From the IMG/VR virus record IMGVR_UViG_3300034157_000063: a DNA stretch of 64,000 nt, one strand, 5' to 3'. This document shows positions 40,481 to 50,502 of this stretch, piece by piece. How positions within the stretch are numbered: position 1 is the first letter of the stretch; the number at the start of each line of letters is the position of its first letter. Origin of the DNA: a virus. Taxonomy: Duplodnaviria; Heunggongvirae; Uroviricota; Caudoviricetes. Both the position numbers and the translations under genes were made by a program. The notes below the pieces were generated by a model that ran no database searches, was not told where the DNA came from, and saw only the letters and a program-made list of their open reading frames with translations.

Positions 40481-41149
40481 TTATCTTCTCATCTGATACA
40501 AATCAGCTAATCGGTATTCAACAGGAGATGGTGCTTTTTTTTCCAACCACTCTTGATTGAGTTTCACACAACGCCCATCAACCGTCATTTCAATAATTTT
40601 ATTGTCAATAGTATATGAATACTTGGCAAAAGTTCCATGTGTTGTTTTAGTATCACCTTTAAATAACATTGGTAGCGTCCATATTTCTTCATAGGTATGA
40701 ATTTTTGTTTCTATTTTCTTAAATTCATCCTTGTAACCAAACTCTTTTGAACGTTCACTGTAAGTATGAGCCGTCAACAGTTTAATATCGCCGTCAATCC
40801 ACTCATTAAGCAAATCATTAGTCTGTAAAAACGAATCCCAGTCTTCTTTGGCTTCATAAGTTCCTGCTTTAATGGCTAACCACGTATGCAGTTGTTCTAC
40901 GGAATACACGTTTTCAGCCGTAAGGATAGTTTCAGACACGTCTAAGACTTCTAATGCTTTGTGAACTGATTTATGTTTTTTTGTTTGAATGACGATTTCT
41001 TCAATAGTAATATTGTGGTCAATATTTTCAAGAGAACGGCTCATTCCATTCATGTAGTCATGAAAGTAAGTAGGGTCACTGGATACTATTGCGAATTTTT
41101 TGTTTGAGAGGTTGCAGAAGGCCACTTTCAATTTGATATTGCTTTTCAT
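40481..41149 (-). CDS. Hypothetical protein
   Basis: AAGGAG SD, TTGACA promoter upstream. Confidence 0.75.
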   Translation of the reverse strand: MKSNIKLKVAFCNLSNKKFAIVSSDPTYFHDYMNGMSRSLENIDHNITIEEIVIQTKKHKSVHKALEVLDVSETILTAENVYSVEQLHTWLAIKAGTYEAKEDWDSFLQTNDLLNEWIDGDIKLLTAHTYSERSKEFGYKDEFKKIETKIHTYEEIWTLPMLFKGDTKTTHGTFAKYSYTIDNKIIEMTVDGRCVKLNQEWLEKKAPSPVEYRLADLYQMRR

Positions 41150-41353
41150 TTTTACACTCCTTTTTATGTGATTGAAGTGCCTCTTTTTATAGACTTGGGG
41201 TTGTCTTATTTATTAGTTATTTTAAATCAATTAAATCTCAATGTCAATCGTTTTTACCATTAAATAAGTTAAAATTTCATAATTATTGACTTTTAACATA
41301 GGGATGGTGTACTAAATTAGATTATAAAACTTATTATATAATGGAGAATAAGA

Positions 41354-41650
41354 ATGATTGACGATGATGATGAAAATAAAAAATGTATGTTTTTGGTATG
41401 GATTGATGAGTTAGATGAAGAATTTGCCTTTAAGTTATTCGATGAGGGTGAAGACAGAGAAAAAGACAGTTACCTAGCAGAAGATTTCATGGGGAACTTT
41501 ATTGAGGTGATTGATGGTAAGATTTATGCTTACGTTCATGATTCTGAACCGTTCCATTTCTTGCTCTTTAAAAATCAAAAAGAATTTCTCAAAAACATTG
41601 AATTATTAACATTTGATGAATATCAAGATATAGTTGATAGCCAAGATTAA
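41354..41650 (+). CDS. Small acidic hypothetical protein
   Basis: GGAG SD; 98 aa. Confidence 0.65.
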   Translation: MIDDDDENKKCMFLVWIDELDEEFAFKLFDEGEDREKDSYLAEDFMGNFIEVIDGKIYAYVHDSEPFHFLLFKNQKEFLKNIELLTFDEYQDIVDSQD

Positions 41651-41687
41651 TTTTGGTATAATGACTGTATTAATTAGGAGTTAAATC

Positions 41688-42212
41688 ATGCAAGAAGAAA
41701 AAACTTATTATGGTGATGCTATTGTCTACCTAAGCTTTATTCCAGCTAAGCAGTTAGAATCCATCACAGATAAAACAGTGACTTCTGTGCATTGCTTTCC
41801 AGTGAAAGGTAACGAAATCATGTTTACAACGAATCCACGAGGTATTGATATTATCGGTGGACATGTTGAGAAAGGTGAAACACCAGAAGAAGCTATGAAA
41901 CGTGAAGGCATGGAAGAAGGTTATTTGACCATTAATACCATGAAGCTTATCGGAGCTGTTCGTGTTGACAACAGAGATAACCCGAAAGCTCTTGAATCAG
42001 GTTATCCAGCAGTAGGTTATCAATTGTTTTATGCCGTGACTGACTTCAATACCCATGAATTTAAAGCTGACTTTGAATGCACTAGCCGTATTTATCTTAC
42101 GCAAGATAAAGTCGCTGAAAAACATCATAAATGGTTGAATACTCATACAGAAATTCTCAATGAGATGAATGCTATTTTGAAACCTGTTAGAAAATTGAAA
42201 TCAAAAATGTAA
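41688..42212 (+). CDS. Nudix hydrolase
   Basis: Nudix box GGHVEKGETPEEAMKREGMEEG; basic tail KPVRKLKSKM. Confidence 0.9.
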   Translation: MQEEKTYYGDAIVYLSFIPAKQLESITDKTVTSVHCFPVKGNEIMFTTNPRGIDIIGGHVEKGETPEEAMKREGMEEGYLTINTMKLIGAVRVDNRDNPKALESGYPAVGYQLFYAVTDFNTHEFKADFECTSRIYLTQDKVAEKHHKWLNTHTEILNEMNAILKPVRKLKSKM

Positions 42213-42237
42213 AAAAGCGAACAAAATTAGGCTTCAT

Positions 42238-42600
42238 TTAAAAAAAGTAAAGGTAGATGAAGCCTATCATCAATAAAATCGCATAAAAAATAGTCAATCG
42301 TATTTTAATCTTCTTCAATCTATTAAAAAATGGTGTATCCGGCACTTTTCTGTTGAGCCTGTGATACTTATCATTTTCTCTTGAATAGAGATAGAGCATT
42401 CCATCTTTTTCACCAAAAGAAAAACTTAATCTTCCTTTGTTTTTTATAATTTTATTAACAATTTGTGCTTCTAACACATTTCTACTTCGTTCTTGTGGAA
42501 CGGTTAATATTAAGATATCAACGACTTCTTTGATAGTGAAGTGTCTGTCAGGTTCTTTGTTTAATATCTTTTCAACATGAGATAATATCATATCAGTCAC
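42238..42600 (-). CDS. Small protein with C-terminal membrane anchor (possible winged-helix N-terminus)
   Basis: GGAG SD; hydrophobic C-terminus. Confidence 0.6.
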   Translation of the reverse strand: MTDMILSHVEKILNKEPDRHFTIKEVVDILILTVPQERSRNVLEAQIVNKIIKNKGRLSFSFGEKDGMLYLYSRENDKYHRLNRKVPDTPFFNRLKKIKIRLTIFYAILLMIGFIYLYFF

Positions 42601-42718
42601 TCCTATTTTTCTTTTTAATGTATTCGTTATACGACTAAAGTCAAATAGCTTCTTGTATTAATGATTGACAAATTATGCCATTTTTAGTAAAATAATGCTA
42701 ATTTATAGAGGTCATTTC

Positions 42719-43339
42719 ATGAATGAGCGAAACATTATATTTACGCCTGAAAATATTATTTCAACCTTTGGCCTAGTCATTGATGATCGCTTTCAATATG
42801 ACATTGAACAATCGAATGGTTCTTTTCTTATTTCCTCAAAATTTTCTATTACAAAAAAAAATCAATCTAAAAAGTCCGATGATTGTTTTTCAACTGATAA
42901 TTATGAGGATGTGCTAAATCCTTGTATTGTAGCACTTGTTAATACTAATTTTAATAAAGATGGCTCTTTTACAACCGCTATTGACTTTAATAATCAGGCT
43001 ATCAGCAATTTATTAAAAGTGAGCAATAGATATCTTGAAGTATATAAGCTTATGTATGACATTAAAGAATTTAATAAGTATGATAAAGTTGATCTGGTTT
43101 TCATTGCTGATTATGAATTTACCAATAAGTTAACAATGTCTCATGTTTATTGTCAAAAAATAAAATTTCTTGAATATGTTGACGATTATCAGGGGCCAAT
43201 CGAAACTGATGTTCATTATTTTGTTAATGATTTCTTAAAAAGTTTGGATATTAAGTGCATTGATGAGCATACAGACATGGAGAATCTATATCCACTAATA
43301 GAAATGCAAAGAACAATTAACCATATGGAGAGGATTTAA
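42719..43339 (+). CDS. Hypothetical protein, MxxI-tail family, tandem paralogue B1
   Basis: FT.ENIIS..G start; ends EMQRTINHMERI. Confidence 0.8.
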   Translation: MNERNIIFTPENIISTFGLVIDDRFQYDIEQSNGSFLISSKFSITKKNQSKKSDDCFSTDNYEDVLNPCIVALVNTNFNKDGSFTTAIDFNNQAISNLLKVSNRYLEVYKLMYDIKEFNKYDKVDLVFIADYEFTNKLTMSHVYCQKIKFLEYVDDYQGPIETDVHYFVNDFLKSLDIKCIDEHTDMENLYPLIEMQRTINHMERI

Positions 43340-43341
43340 AT

Positions 43342-43968
43342 ATGTCATCAATGAACGGGAATAACGTCGTTTTTAGTGCTGAAAATATAATATCGACTTT
43401 AGGTATCAATATTCAAGATGACTATAATATTAAATTTGAACCTGACCCAAGTGCTATTGATATTACGTCGAGATTTATGATTGAAAGCAAATCAAATCCA
43501 TACTCTGGTTTCTACATTGCCAGCGATAACTTTGAGAACAGTGCGACTCCCGGTTATATCGCGTCATTGCCAACCAATTTGACACGAGATGGCGTTGTCA
43601 CAATTAAGCTTGATATGCATTTACCAGAAATGACAAAAATAATGAAACGTGTAAATGATTATATTCAATTTTTTATGGTGATTAATGACCAAAAAGGTTT
43701 CTATGTTCATGAGACAGTTAGATTAGAAATTATGACTGATTATAAGTATACAGATGTTTTGTTGCTTACAAATGTCGAACTTTTTAATTTTGTCCTATAC
43801 TCACCATTAGAAACAAATTATAAGAAAAAAGAAATTAACATTGAAGATTTTGTTAATACTTATCTTTCTAAACTAGGTGTAGATAAGATTGATGCACACA
43901 CTGATGTTGATGCTTTGATGGTATTGGTGAAAATGCAGAAAACACTGGAAGCTATGGTAGCCATATAA
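43342..43968 (+). CDS. Hypothetical protein, MxxI-tail family, tandem paralogue B2
   Basis: FSAENIISTLG; ends KMQKTLEAMVAI. Confidence 0.8.
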   Translation: MSSMNGNNVVFSAENIISTLGINIQDDYNIKFEPDPSAIDITSRFMIESKSNPYSGFYIASDNFENSATPGYIASLPTNLTRDGVVTIKLDMHLPEMTKIMKRVNDYIQFFMVINDQKGFYVHETVRLEIMTDYKYTDVLLLTNVELFNFVLYSPLETNYKKKEINIEDFVNTYLSKLGVDKIDAHTDVDALMVLVKMQKTLEAMVAI

Positions 43969-44032
43969 TTTAAATATCACATTATTGATTATACTTTAGT
44001 ATTAATGTACCTTGTGGTTTTGGAGATTTCTA

Positions 44033-44632
44033 ATGAATAACATTGCTGTTTTTACAGAACAAAATATGATATCAAGCTTAGGCATTGAGACTAATGATGA
44101 CTTTGATGTTGAATTTTTTCGAGAAGACTCTTATGAGCATATGACATCGAGCTTATCTGTTACAGGTAGAGAAAAACAAAGTTATGGACTTTTTATTAAC
44201 AATTTAGAAACAATTAACAAAATATCATCTGTAATAGAATTCGAACCGATGTTAAGCCTTGATGGTGTTATTAAGACTTTTGTTCCTATGAACAATCCTA
44301 AAATAAAAAGTGCTCTCTATTTAATTAATCAATATATCAAAGTATTTATGGCTATTTATAGCGTTGATGAATTTAACAAGTACGATAGTTTTATGTTAAA
44401 GTTGATTGTTGATTACAACAAGGATCTAGAAATTATTAATGTAACCTCTACCACCGATCTTTTTAAATTTTATAGCTGGCATCATGATCTTGTTGAAATT
44501 GAAATTGAATCATATATTAACAATCTACTGAATCAGGTTGGTATTGAATCTCTTAATGAAGATAGTGATATTGAACAAGCCATTGATCTTTTGAAAATGC
44601 AAGAGTTGATCTATGAGATGGATTTAATTTAA
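44033..44632 (+). CDS. Hypothetical protein, MxxI-tail family, tandem paralogue B3
   Basis: FTEQNMISSLG; ends KMQELIYEMDLI. Confidence 0.8.
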   Translation: MNNIAVFTEQNMISSLGIETNDDFDVEFFREDSYEHMTSSLSVTGREKQSYGLFINNLETINKISSVIEFEPMLSLDGVIKTFVPMNNPKIKSALYLINQYIKVFMAIYSVDEFNKYDSFMLKLIVDYNKDLEIINVTSTTDLFKFYSWHHDLVEIEIESYINNLLNQVGIESLNEDSDIEQAIDLLKMQELIYEMDLI

Positions 44633-44690
44633 TAAACCAGATAAAGAAAAAAGACACCCTAGTGTCTTTTCTTATTTTTAAAATTTTTAA

Positions 44691-44894
44691 TCAATGATTA
44701 TGAAAGGTGAAATTATTGGTTGGTTCATGATCTATCTTGTTCCATACTTTTTCGTGGAAGTAGAAAACAACCGTATTAATCATTGGCTCAACAATCGCCA
44801 TTAGACCACCTACCATCCAGCTACCTGTAAAAGCGTAACCTACTGTAAAGGCAACCATCATGTGTAGAATACCAAAGCTAATTGTCTTTTTCAT
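44691..44894 (-). CDS. DUF2061-family small membrane protein
   Basis: KTISF..LH..VAF.V.Y..TG....GG..A.VEP..NTV.FYFHEKVW. Confidence 0.85.
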   Translation of the reverse strand: MKKTISFGILHMMVAFTVGYAFTGSWMVGGLMAIVEPMINTVVFYFHEKVWNKIDHEPTNNFTFHNH

Positions 44895-44978
44895 TTTCTA
44901 TCTCCTTTTTCTTTTAGTTTTAGCACACAAAAAAGAAGATTTAAAATTTATTAAAATGATTGCTTTAATAGTTTATTA

Positions 44979-46163
44979 CTATTTGTTTTTTAAAGTGTTT
45001 CTTTTTCTTTCTTTTCTTTCTTTGACATCATCTTTAATGTTTTCCATTGTTTCTGGTAGATTATTGATCATGTTATTTAAGAATTTTTTTAATTTGTCCA
45101 TTTCATCATCAACCATTCTTGATCGTTGACTGGATGTTAAAGATTTATCTTTATAAATTTCTCTTAGCTTGTCATTATGACCTTCATAGGTTTCTTTTTG
45201 TTTATAACCAATCATTCTTTTGTAAAAGTCTTTATTTTGTTTGTCCAAATAAGGCGTAATACTCTTTAAGGCGGTATAATCAATAGGCGTAGAATCACGG
45301 TATTTAATGTGGATATCAAAAACATGTGCTATAAGATCATTCGCTATCTTTTTGACTAATTCACGTTGTGGTTTTCTTAATAGCTCGTAATTTTCAAAAA
45401 ATTTAGTGTCTGGCACGTATATTTTTATCGAACTGGATTCTTCACCAAACCTGTGGTGGTCTAATTTAACGATGACAATATTATCTTCTGCAACTAATAA
45501 TTTATCTTTTGTAAATCCTGTTTTCGTCTGGCTGAATTTTTCTAGATACTTGTCTAAGAGTAACTGACAATTAGCATCAGTTATTATTTTATTCTTATTG
45601 ATGATGAGATAGGTGAGTAAATCATCTTCATTTCCAGCATGTGTTTTTACATAGTTATTGACATCAAACTCTTTTGAGCGGACAAGTTCTTTGAAACTTT
45701 TTACTTTAAAGACTTCGCAAGGAATTAATGCATTAGGACGGAACAAGACTTCACTTTCCACTGCTTGGCCGGATAGGTTAACATCCACTACGGTGCCTTT
45801 CTTTGCCGTAGCAGTCAATATAACACCACAGTAGCCCGCGATCTTTTCGCCTTGAACGTTACGCTTTGCTTCTTCTATTACGACTTCCATTGTAGGGAAA
45901 TACGTTTTAGTCGTTGTTGAGAAATCGTAAGCTGTGTCGTAACGTGGTGAGAACCCAGCAGCTTCTGATGATTGATAACCACCAGTAGCCTTTAACTCTT
46001 TTAAAAAGTCTTCATATTTTTCTTTTGTTGAAAAGTTAATTCCACGATATACTGTAATGTCTTCTTCGTTAGGCCATTCAGCAAGCATTTTATTAAAATC
46101 GGATTCAAGATAAATAGGATTTTCGTCTTTTGTGTAACTTCTTAACTTTTGTTCTATGTCCAT
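44979..46163 (-). CDS. Putative ADP-ribosyltransferase (R-S-E clade) with helical C-terminal region
   Basis: TVYRG ... GFS...A..F ... VESEVLF motif order. Confidence 0.65.
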   Translation of the reverse strand: MDIEQKLRSYTKDENPIYLESDFNKMLAEWPNEEDITVYRGINFSTKEKYEDFLKELKATGGYQSSEAAGFSPRYDTAYDFSTTTKTYFPTMEVVIEEAKRNVQGEKIAGYCGVILTATAKKGTVVDVNLSGQAVESEVLFRPNALIPCEVFKVKSFKELVRSKEFDVNNYVKTHAGNEDDLLTYLIINKNKIITDANCQLLLDKYLEKFSQTKTGFTKDKLLVAEDNIVIVKLDHHRFGEESSSIKIYVPDTKFFENYELLRKPQRELVKKIANDLIAHVFDIHIKYRDSTPIDYTALKSITPYLDKQNKDFYKRMIGYKQKETYEGHNDKLREIYKDKSLTSSQRSRMVDDEMDKLKKFLNNMINNLPETMENIKDDVKERKERKRNTLKNK

Positions 46164-46284
46164 TGTCAATAAGATCTAGTGTTTGTATTACTATTGTATC
46201 ATTGATTGATTTTTTTGAAAGAACTGTTGTGTTATACTTTATAATCTTATATAATAAAACCATTTAAATGAGGTTTAAATAGTT

Positions 46285-46992
46285 ATGTTGTTATTGATGC
46301 GAAGTCTTCTTGAATCTTGTTTGAAAATGATGACGTTTAGAACTATAAAAAAATACCATTATCGAGTTATTATTGAGCAAATTTTTATGCGTTTAAATAA
46401 ACTCTATAATACAACTGAATATACTTCTTTAAACTATCCAATGAAAGTTTCTGGTAATGTATTTGTTGAGTGTTGTAATCATACCAGTGGTGAAACATTG
46501 ATCTCTTTTGCTATACCATGGGAAGATGGCATAGCTGTAATAAAAAATTTTGATTTAAGTTGTCTAGATTTTTTTAAAGAGCATTTTTGTTACATAACTC
46601 GTTATTCAACAATCAACAATTTCCATTCAGTGGCTTATTTCAATAATGGAAAAATTACTAGATTTTACTTTATTATGACCATATGCTCGGCTTCAGGCCC
46701 GAGAAAAGATAATAATTATATAGAATTATCTATTACTACTGATGATCAATTTCATCTCTTGGAAATAGTAAAAAAATTATGTGTGTACTCTCCTACTTCC
46801 ATTGTTTCCAAACACTTAATTAAAAATAATGTTTCTTTTGATGATGAACTCAAATTAATAAAGCTGAAAGCTCAATCTCAAAATCCAGAAATTAATATAT
46901 TGATACCTGAAATCAATACACCATCAGCCTACGATTTCAATTCAGATGATTTTAACAATCGTTTGTTATTGGTATCAATGCTGGAGAGTTAA
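46285..46992 (+). CDS. Hypothetical protein, MxxI-tail family
   Basis: Ends DFNSDDFNNRLLLVSMLES; start uncertain. Confidence 0.7.
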   Translation: MLLLMRSLLESCLKMMTFRTIKKYHYRVIIEQIFMRLNKLYNTTEYTSLNYPMKVSGNVFVECCNHTSGETLISFAIPWEDGIAVIKNFDLSCLDFFKEHFCYITRYSTINNFHSVAYFNNGKITRFYFIMTICSASGPRKDNNYIELSITTDDQFHLLEIVKKLCVYSPTSIVSKHLIKNNVSFDDELKLIKLKAQSQNPEINILIPEINTPSAYDFNSDDFNNRLLLVSMLES

Positions 46993-47062
46993 TCATTTAA
47001 TGGTTGACCAAAGGTTAGTATTATGGTATTATAATCTCTCTCAAATAAAAGGATAAATTATC

Positions 47063-47095
47063 ATGAAACTCCAAAGTCTACGACAACGGCATTAA
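47063..47095 (+). promoter_or_regulatory. Leader ORF MKLQSLRQRH* forming an anti-SD hairpin
   Basis: AAGGA SD, TTGACC-17-TATTAT promoter; AAACTCCA (47066-73) is complementary to TGGAGTTT (47146-53), the SD of the next gene. Confidence 0.7.
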
Positions 47096-47159
47096 ACCTA
47101 AACTTTCGTTTAATTGTATTACATTGTCTTAAATTTAACTAATTATGGAGTTTTAAAAA

Positions 47160-47711
47160 ATGAAACCTATTTATGTCGCAAATTTCGTGGCTAATCCTGA
47201 TGCTGTGTTCAAAAGATTATTGAACGAGTTAGAATGGAAAAGATACGGAAACAAACCTAGAAAAGAATACTACTGCAACGATCACGATGTGCCTTATAGT
47301 TATGGCAATCCCGAGTTTGCGGATACCTATACTAGAAGTCCTTACAGTGATGACATCTTGGATATCAGATACAAGTTGGAAGAAGAATTGAAATCTATTT
47401 TTGATGTCTGCTTTTTAAATTTGTATGATGACTTTGCCGGTCACATTGGATGGCACGCTGATGACAGTCCAGAAATGGACCCTGACAGACCTATTGTCAC
47501 TGTTAGTTTGGGTGCTGAAAGAGAAATCTGGTTTAAAGAAAGACCTTCTGAAACCAGTTCTAAGGAAGTCACTAAGATTAAGTTAGGACATGGGAGTGCT
47601 TGTATCATGCCAGCCGGTATGCAAGCTACAGACTTACACAGAATCCCTAAGAATGACAGACCTTGTGGTGAAAGGGTTAGTTTGACTTACAGAGGTTATA
47701 AGTTCATATGA
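47160..47711 (+). CDS. AlkB-family 2OG-Fe(II) dioxygenase (ALKBH2/3-like)
   Basis: FLNLY...IGWHADD...VSLGAER...HRIPK...RVSLTYR (HxD...H, RxxxxxR). Confidence 0.92.
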   Translation: MKPIYVANFVANPDAVFKRLLNELEWKRYGNKPRKEYYCNDHDVPYSYGNPEFADTYTRSPYSDDILDIRYKLEEELKSIFDVCFLNLYDDFAGHIGWHADDSPEMDPDRPIVTVSLGAEREIWFKERPSETSSKEVTKIKLGHGSACIMPAGMQATDLHRIPKNDRPCGERVSLTYRGYKFI

Positions 47712-48406
47712 CCGATTTTTTGAAGCGTGTGTTTGATGTTAAATTCACTTGTCAACACGAAGAAGATAAGTTCCTAGCGGATCTCGCTATGGAACTTATT
47801 CGTGTTCATACAGATTGTGTTGTACATGAGCTGATTTCAGTGAAAAAACATATGATTAAATTAAAAAATACACACACAGGTCTTTTTTATTTTGTTTATC
47901 TCTATAAAGTTATTGACTATACTTCTGATGGTCGATACTTCTATAAAGAGCTTTCTTTTGAATTCAACATGTTATTTACTAAACGTCTTCATCTCACCTT
48001 GTCTAATTTCTACAATTACTATTCTAGACGTTATGATGTTGGTTATTTTTCTGAATTGAGAAGTAAAGTGGTATTTTCGAATAACACACAAAGCCTTCAT
48101 TTTAGATTCATCGGTGTTGATGACCATTGCACCAAGTTTATTATTGAAGATGACAAAGTTTGTCAATATAATTATTATGACGCGGAATTAATGTCCACTC
48201 AATTATTAACATTTGCAGAATTTGAAATATTATTTAAATGTTCCATATTGCATGAACATGCTAATCATCTATTGTTGGAGTATATTCCAGAGTTTTTTGG
48301 CCCTCAACAAAAAATGCCTTCTAATGATTCATTAATTGCAAATTTAGCACTGATTGATATTTTGATGTTTACACAAGGATTGTCGGGAATTGATTACACA
48401 TTGTAG
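47708..48406 (+). CDS. Hypothetical protein (possible extended MxxI-family member)
   Basis: ATGA overlap with the AlkB-like gene; IPE...ALIDILM near the C-terminus resembles 46285. Confidence 0.65.
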   Translation: MTDFLKRVFDVKFTCQHEEDKFLADLAMELIRVHTDCVVHELISVKKHMIKLKNTHTGLFYFVYLYKVIDYTSDGRYFYKELSFEFNMLFTKRLHLTLSNFYNYYSRRYDVGYFSELRSKVVFSNNTQSLHFRFIGVDDHCTKFIIEDDKVCQYNYYDAELMSTQLLTFAEFEILFKCSILHEHANHLLLEYIPEFFGPQQKMPSNDSLIANLALIDILMFTQGLSGIDYTL

Positions 48407-49086
48407 ATGTCAGTAAGGTTAACAATGGTAAACTCTTCGTAACAAAATGCTCCTGTATCAATGTAAAATACATTACCTAAAACTAATGGATCTCTCACAA
48501 TGGTATGACCCACATACACATAATCAATATTTCTAATTTTTGATTTATCTTTACGTTTGAGCTTAGACCTACCCCAGAGAGCTTCATCGAGAGCACGAAG
48601 TGCCTCTACGCCTTTGGTGCTTTTCAATCTAGCGTCAAATATTTTCCAGTTGTCATCAGGAACCTCGGCATGAATGATGCCAATCCTTTTATTATGGACT
48701 TCTAATTCAATCGCTGCTGGTAATGTTTCAAGTTTTAAAACAACGGCTTCTTTTTTATCATCTGATAAGTTTAAGAACCATTCACCACCATATTCATCTA
48801 AATGATTAGGGTAATCACCATAACGCCAGAAATCAATCACAATAATTTCATGGTTACCTAACACGGGATAAAACCACGGCTCATCAATTAAAGCAAACAC
48901 TGCTAATGAATCAAGTCCCTTGTTCACCAAATCACCCACAGAAAATAATCTATCTTTTTCAAAGTCGAATTTAATGAATACGAGATATTCCATTAATAAT
49001 TCGTAGGAACCATGAATATCACCAATGACAAAATCTCTACCATTCATGTTTTTACTGACTTTCCTTATATGCGGTATTAATGCCAT
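48394..49086 (-). CDS. Ser/Thr protein phosphatase (PrpA/PrpB/lambda NinI-like metallophosphoesterase)
   Basis: GDIHG, GDLVNKG, GNHE, VGHT, IDTGA. Confidence 0.93.
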   Translation of the reverse strand: MALIPHIRKVSKNMNGRDFVIGDIHGSYELLMEYLVFIKFDFEKDRLFSVGDLVNKGLDSLAVFALIDEPWFYPVLGNHEIIVIDFWRYGDYPNHLDEYGGEWFLNLSDDKKEAVVLKLETLPAAIELEVHNKRIGIIHAEVPDDNWKIFDARLKSTKGVEALRALDEALWGRSKLKRKDKSKIRNIDYVYVGHTIVRDPLVLGNVFYIDTGAFCYEEFTIVNLTDIYNV

Positions 49087-49089
49087 TAT

Positions 49090-49791
49090 TTACTCCAAAT
49101 ACATTTCAAATAATTTCAACTCTCTTTTCGTTAATTTCAAAAACTCTTTACCAAACAATTCCATTGTGTGTTTTTCAGATATAACATCATTAAGACCTTT
49201 TTTAAAGTCCATTCTTTTACTGGTTGATACCGTTGTTCCGCCTAACTTTAAAATATATTTCTCAACATATTGTGAACTCAACACATGTTCGTGATCAACT
49301 TTCATTTTGACGTATGATTTATTCAAAATCGCATAATCACCTTTTTCTAACATAACAAAATCTTTATGATGTCCAAATAATTTCGCAACCAATGTAATAA
49401 AATTAGCATTAGCCGGGGTAACTTCGTGTTCACCAGCCGCTGATTGATTATAAAATGAGCGTCTAATGTAATGTCTAGGTATCGTAATGGCTAATATATC
49501 GTCAGTTAATGCCCCTAGAAACTCAACAGTGTATAAATTTCTTGAAGTTTCAATACTGTTATCTATAATGCTATTGTATAATTTCATAGTATTTGACGAA
49601 TTGAATAGCTTCCAGTAAATTTCATATCTTAATTTTCTTTCGACAAGATCAGGCACATTCTCATAATCAGCAATATCTCTTAAAAACTCATTATGATAAG
49701 TTGATAAGTCATCAATAAGAATTTGACTTCTCAATGTATGAGTTATATTTTTCATTAAGGAATCATTTAAAACTATTTTATTCAAGATCAT
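49090..49791 (-). CDS. Hypothetical protein, MxxI-tail family, array C
   Basis: Ends KEFLKLTKRELKLFEMYLE. Confidence 0.75.
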   Translation of the reverse strand: MILNKIVLNDSLMKNITHTLRSQILIDDLSTYHNEFLRDIADYENVPDLVERKLRYEIYWKLFNSSNTMKLYNSIIDNSIETSRNLYTVEFLGALTDDILAITIPRHYIRRSFYNQSAAGEHEVTPANANFITLVAKLFGHHKDFVMLEKGDYAILNKSYVKMKVDHEHVLSSQYVEKYILKLGGTTVSTSKRMDFKKGLNDVISEKHTMELFGKEFLKLTKRELKLFEMYLE

Positions 49792-49797
49792 ATCCTT

Positions 49798-50502
49798 TCA
49801 AGTATTGTTCATTTCTAAGACTAAAATGTCAGCATATGTCAAATCTGTTAACTTTTTATTTAGTAGTGGCAACGTATATTTATTTTCAATCATCTGCACC
49901 AGTTTTTCTTCAAAATCATCTTCACCTGTTGAAGCAATCGTATGATAGTAGCCTTTCACGCCCATAGCTGTGTTAAGTCCAGTAGTATCATAGTAGGTAT
50001 ACCTCATGATGTAGTCTATATTATTATTATTATCAATTTCTATAACATCATATTTTACAACATTGTGTTGGTAATGCATCCGATTTTGATGAGCACCCTC
50101 TTTATGATTTCTAAATATTCTTTGATATAATGTTATCAGTTCATACTCAGATTCTGATATAGCTAATTGAACATTGTTGTTGTAAAAGCTTCTATCAATT
50201 AAACATTCCGGTAACTGTATCTCTGTTGTCAAAAGAACAGAGTTACCTTCAATCGGGAAAGACGTTGACGCTTTTATTATACCACAATCTGGATTGTTTT
50301 CATAGCGAAATGACACTTTTAACATATGAAATGAAAATTTAGTTGTCGTTTCCCATTCTATCTGAATACGATGCCTATCCCTTGTTAAGATTTCTAATAT
50401 TTCATCATCGTAATTACTAAAAATCAACCAATTTTCTTTCTTAAAATTACTGAAGTCTTTTATTAATGTAAACGCTGTCAACATTTCAGTATAGGATGTC
50501 AT
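49798..50502 (-). CDS. Hypothetical protein, MxxI-tail family, array C
   Basis: Ends KKLTDLTYADILVLEMNNT. Confidence 0.75.
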   Translation of the reverse strand: MTSYTEMLTAFTLIKDFSNFKKENWLIFSNYDDEILEILTRDRHRIQIEWETTTKFSFHMLKVSFRYENNPDCGIIKASTSFPIEGNSVLLTTEIQLPECLIDRSFYNNNVQLAISESEYELITLYQRIFRNHKEGAHQNRMHYQHNVVKYDVIEIDNNNNIDYIMRYTYYDTTGLNTAMGVKGYYHTIASTGEDDFEEKLVQMIENKYTLPLLNKKLTDLTYADILVLEMNNT

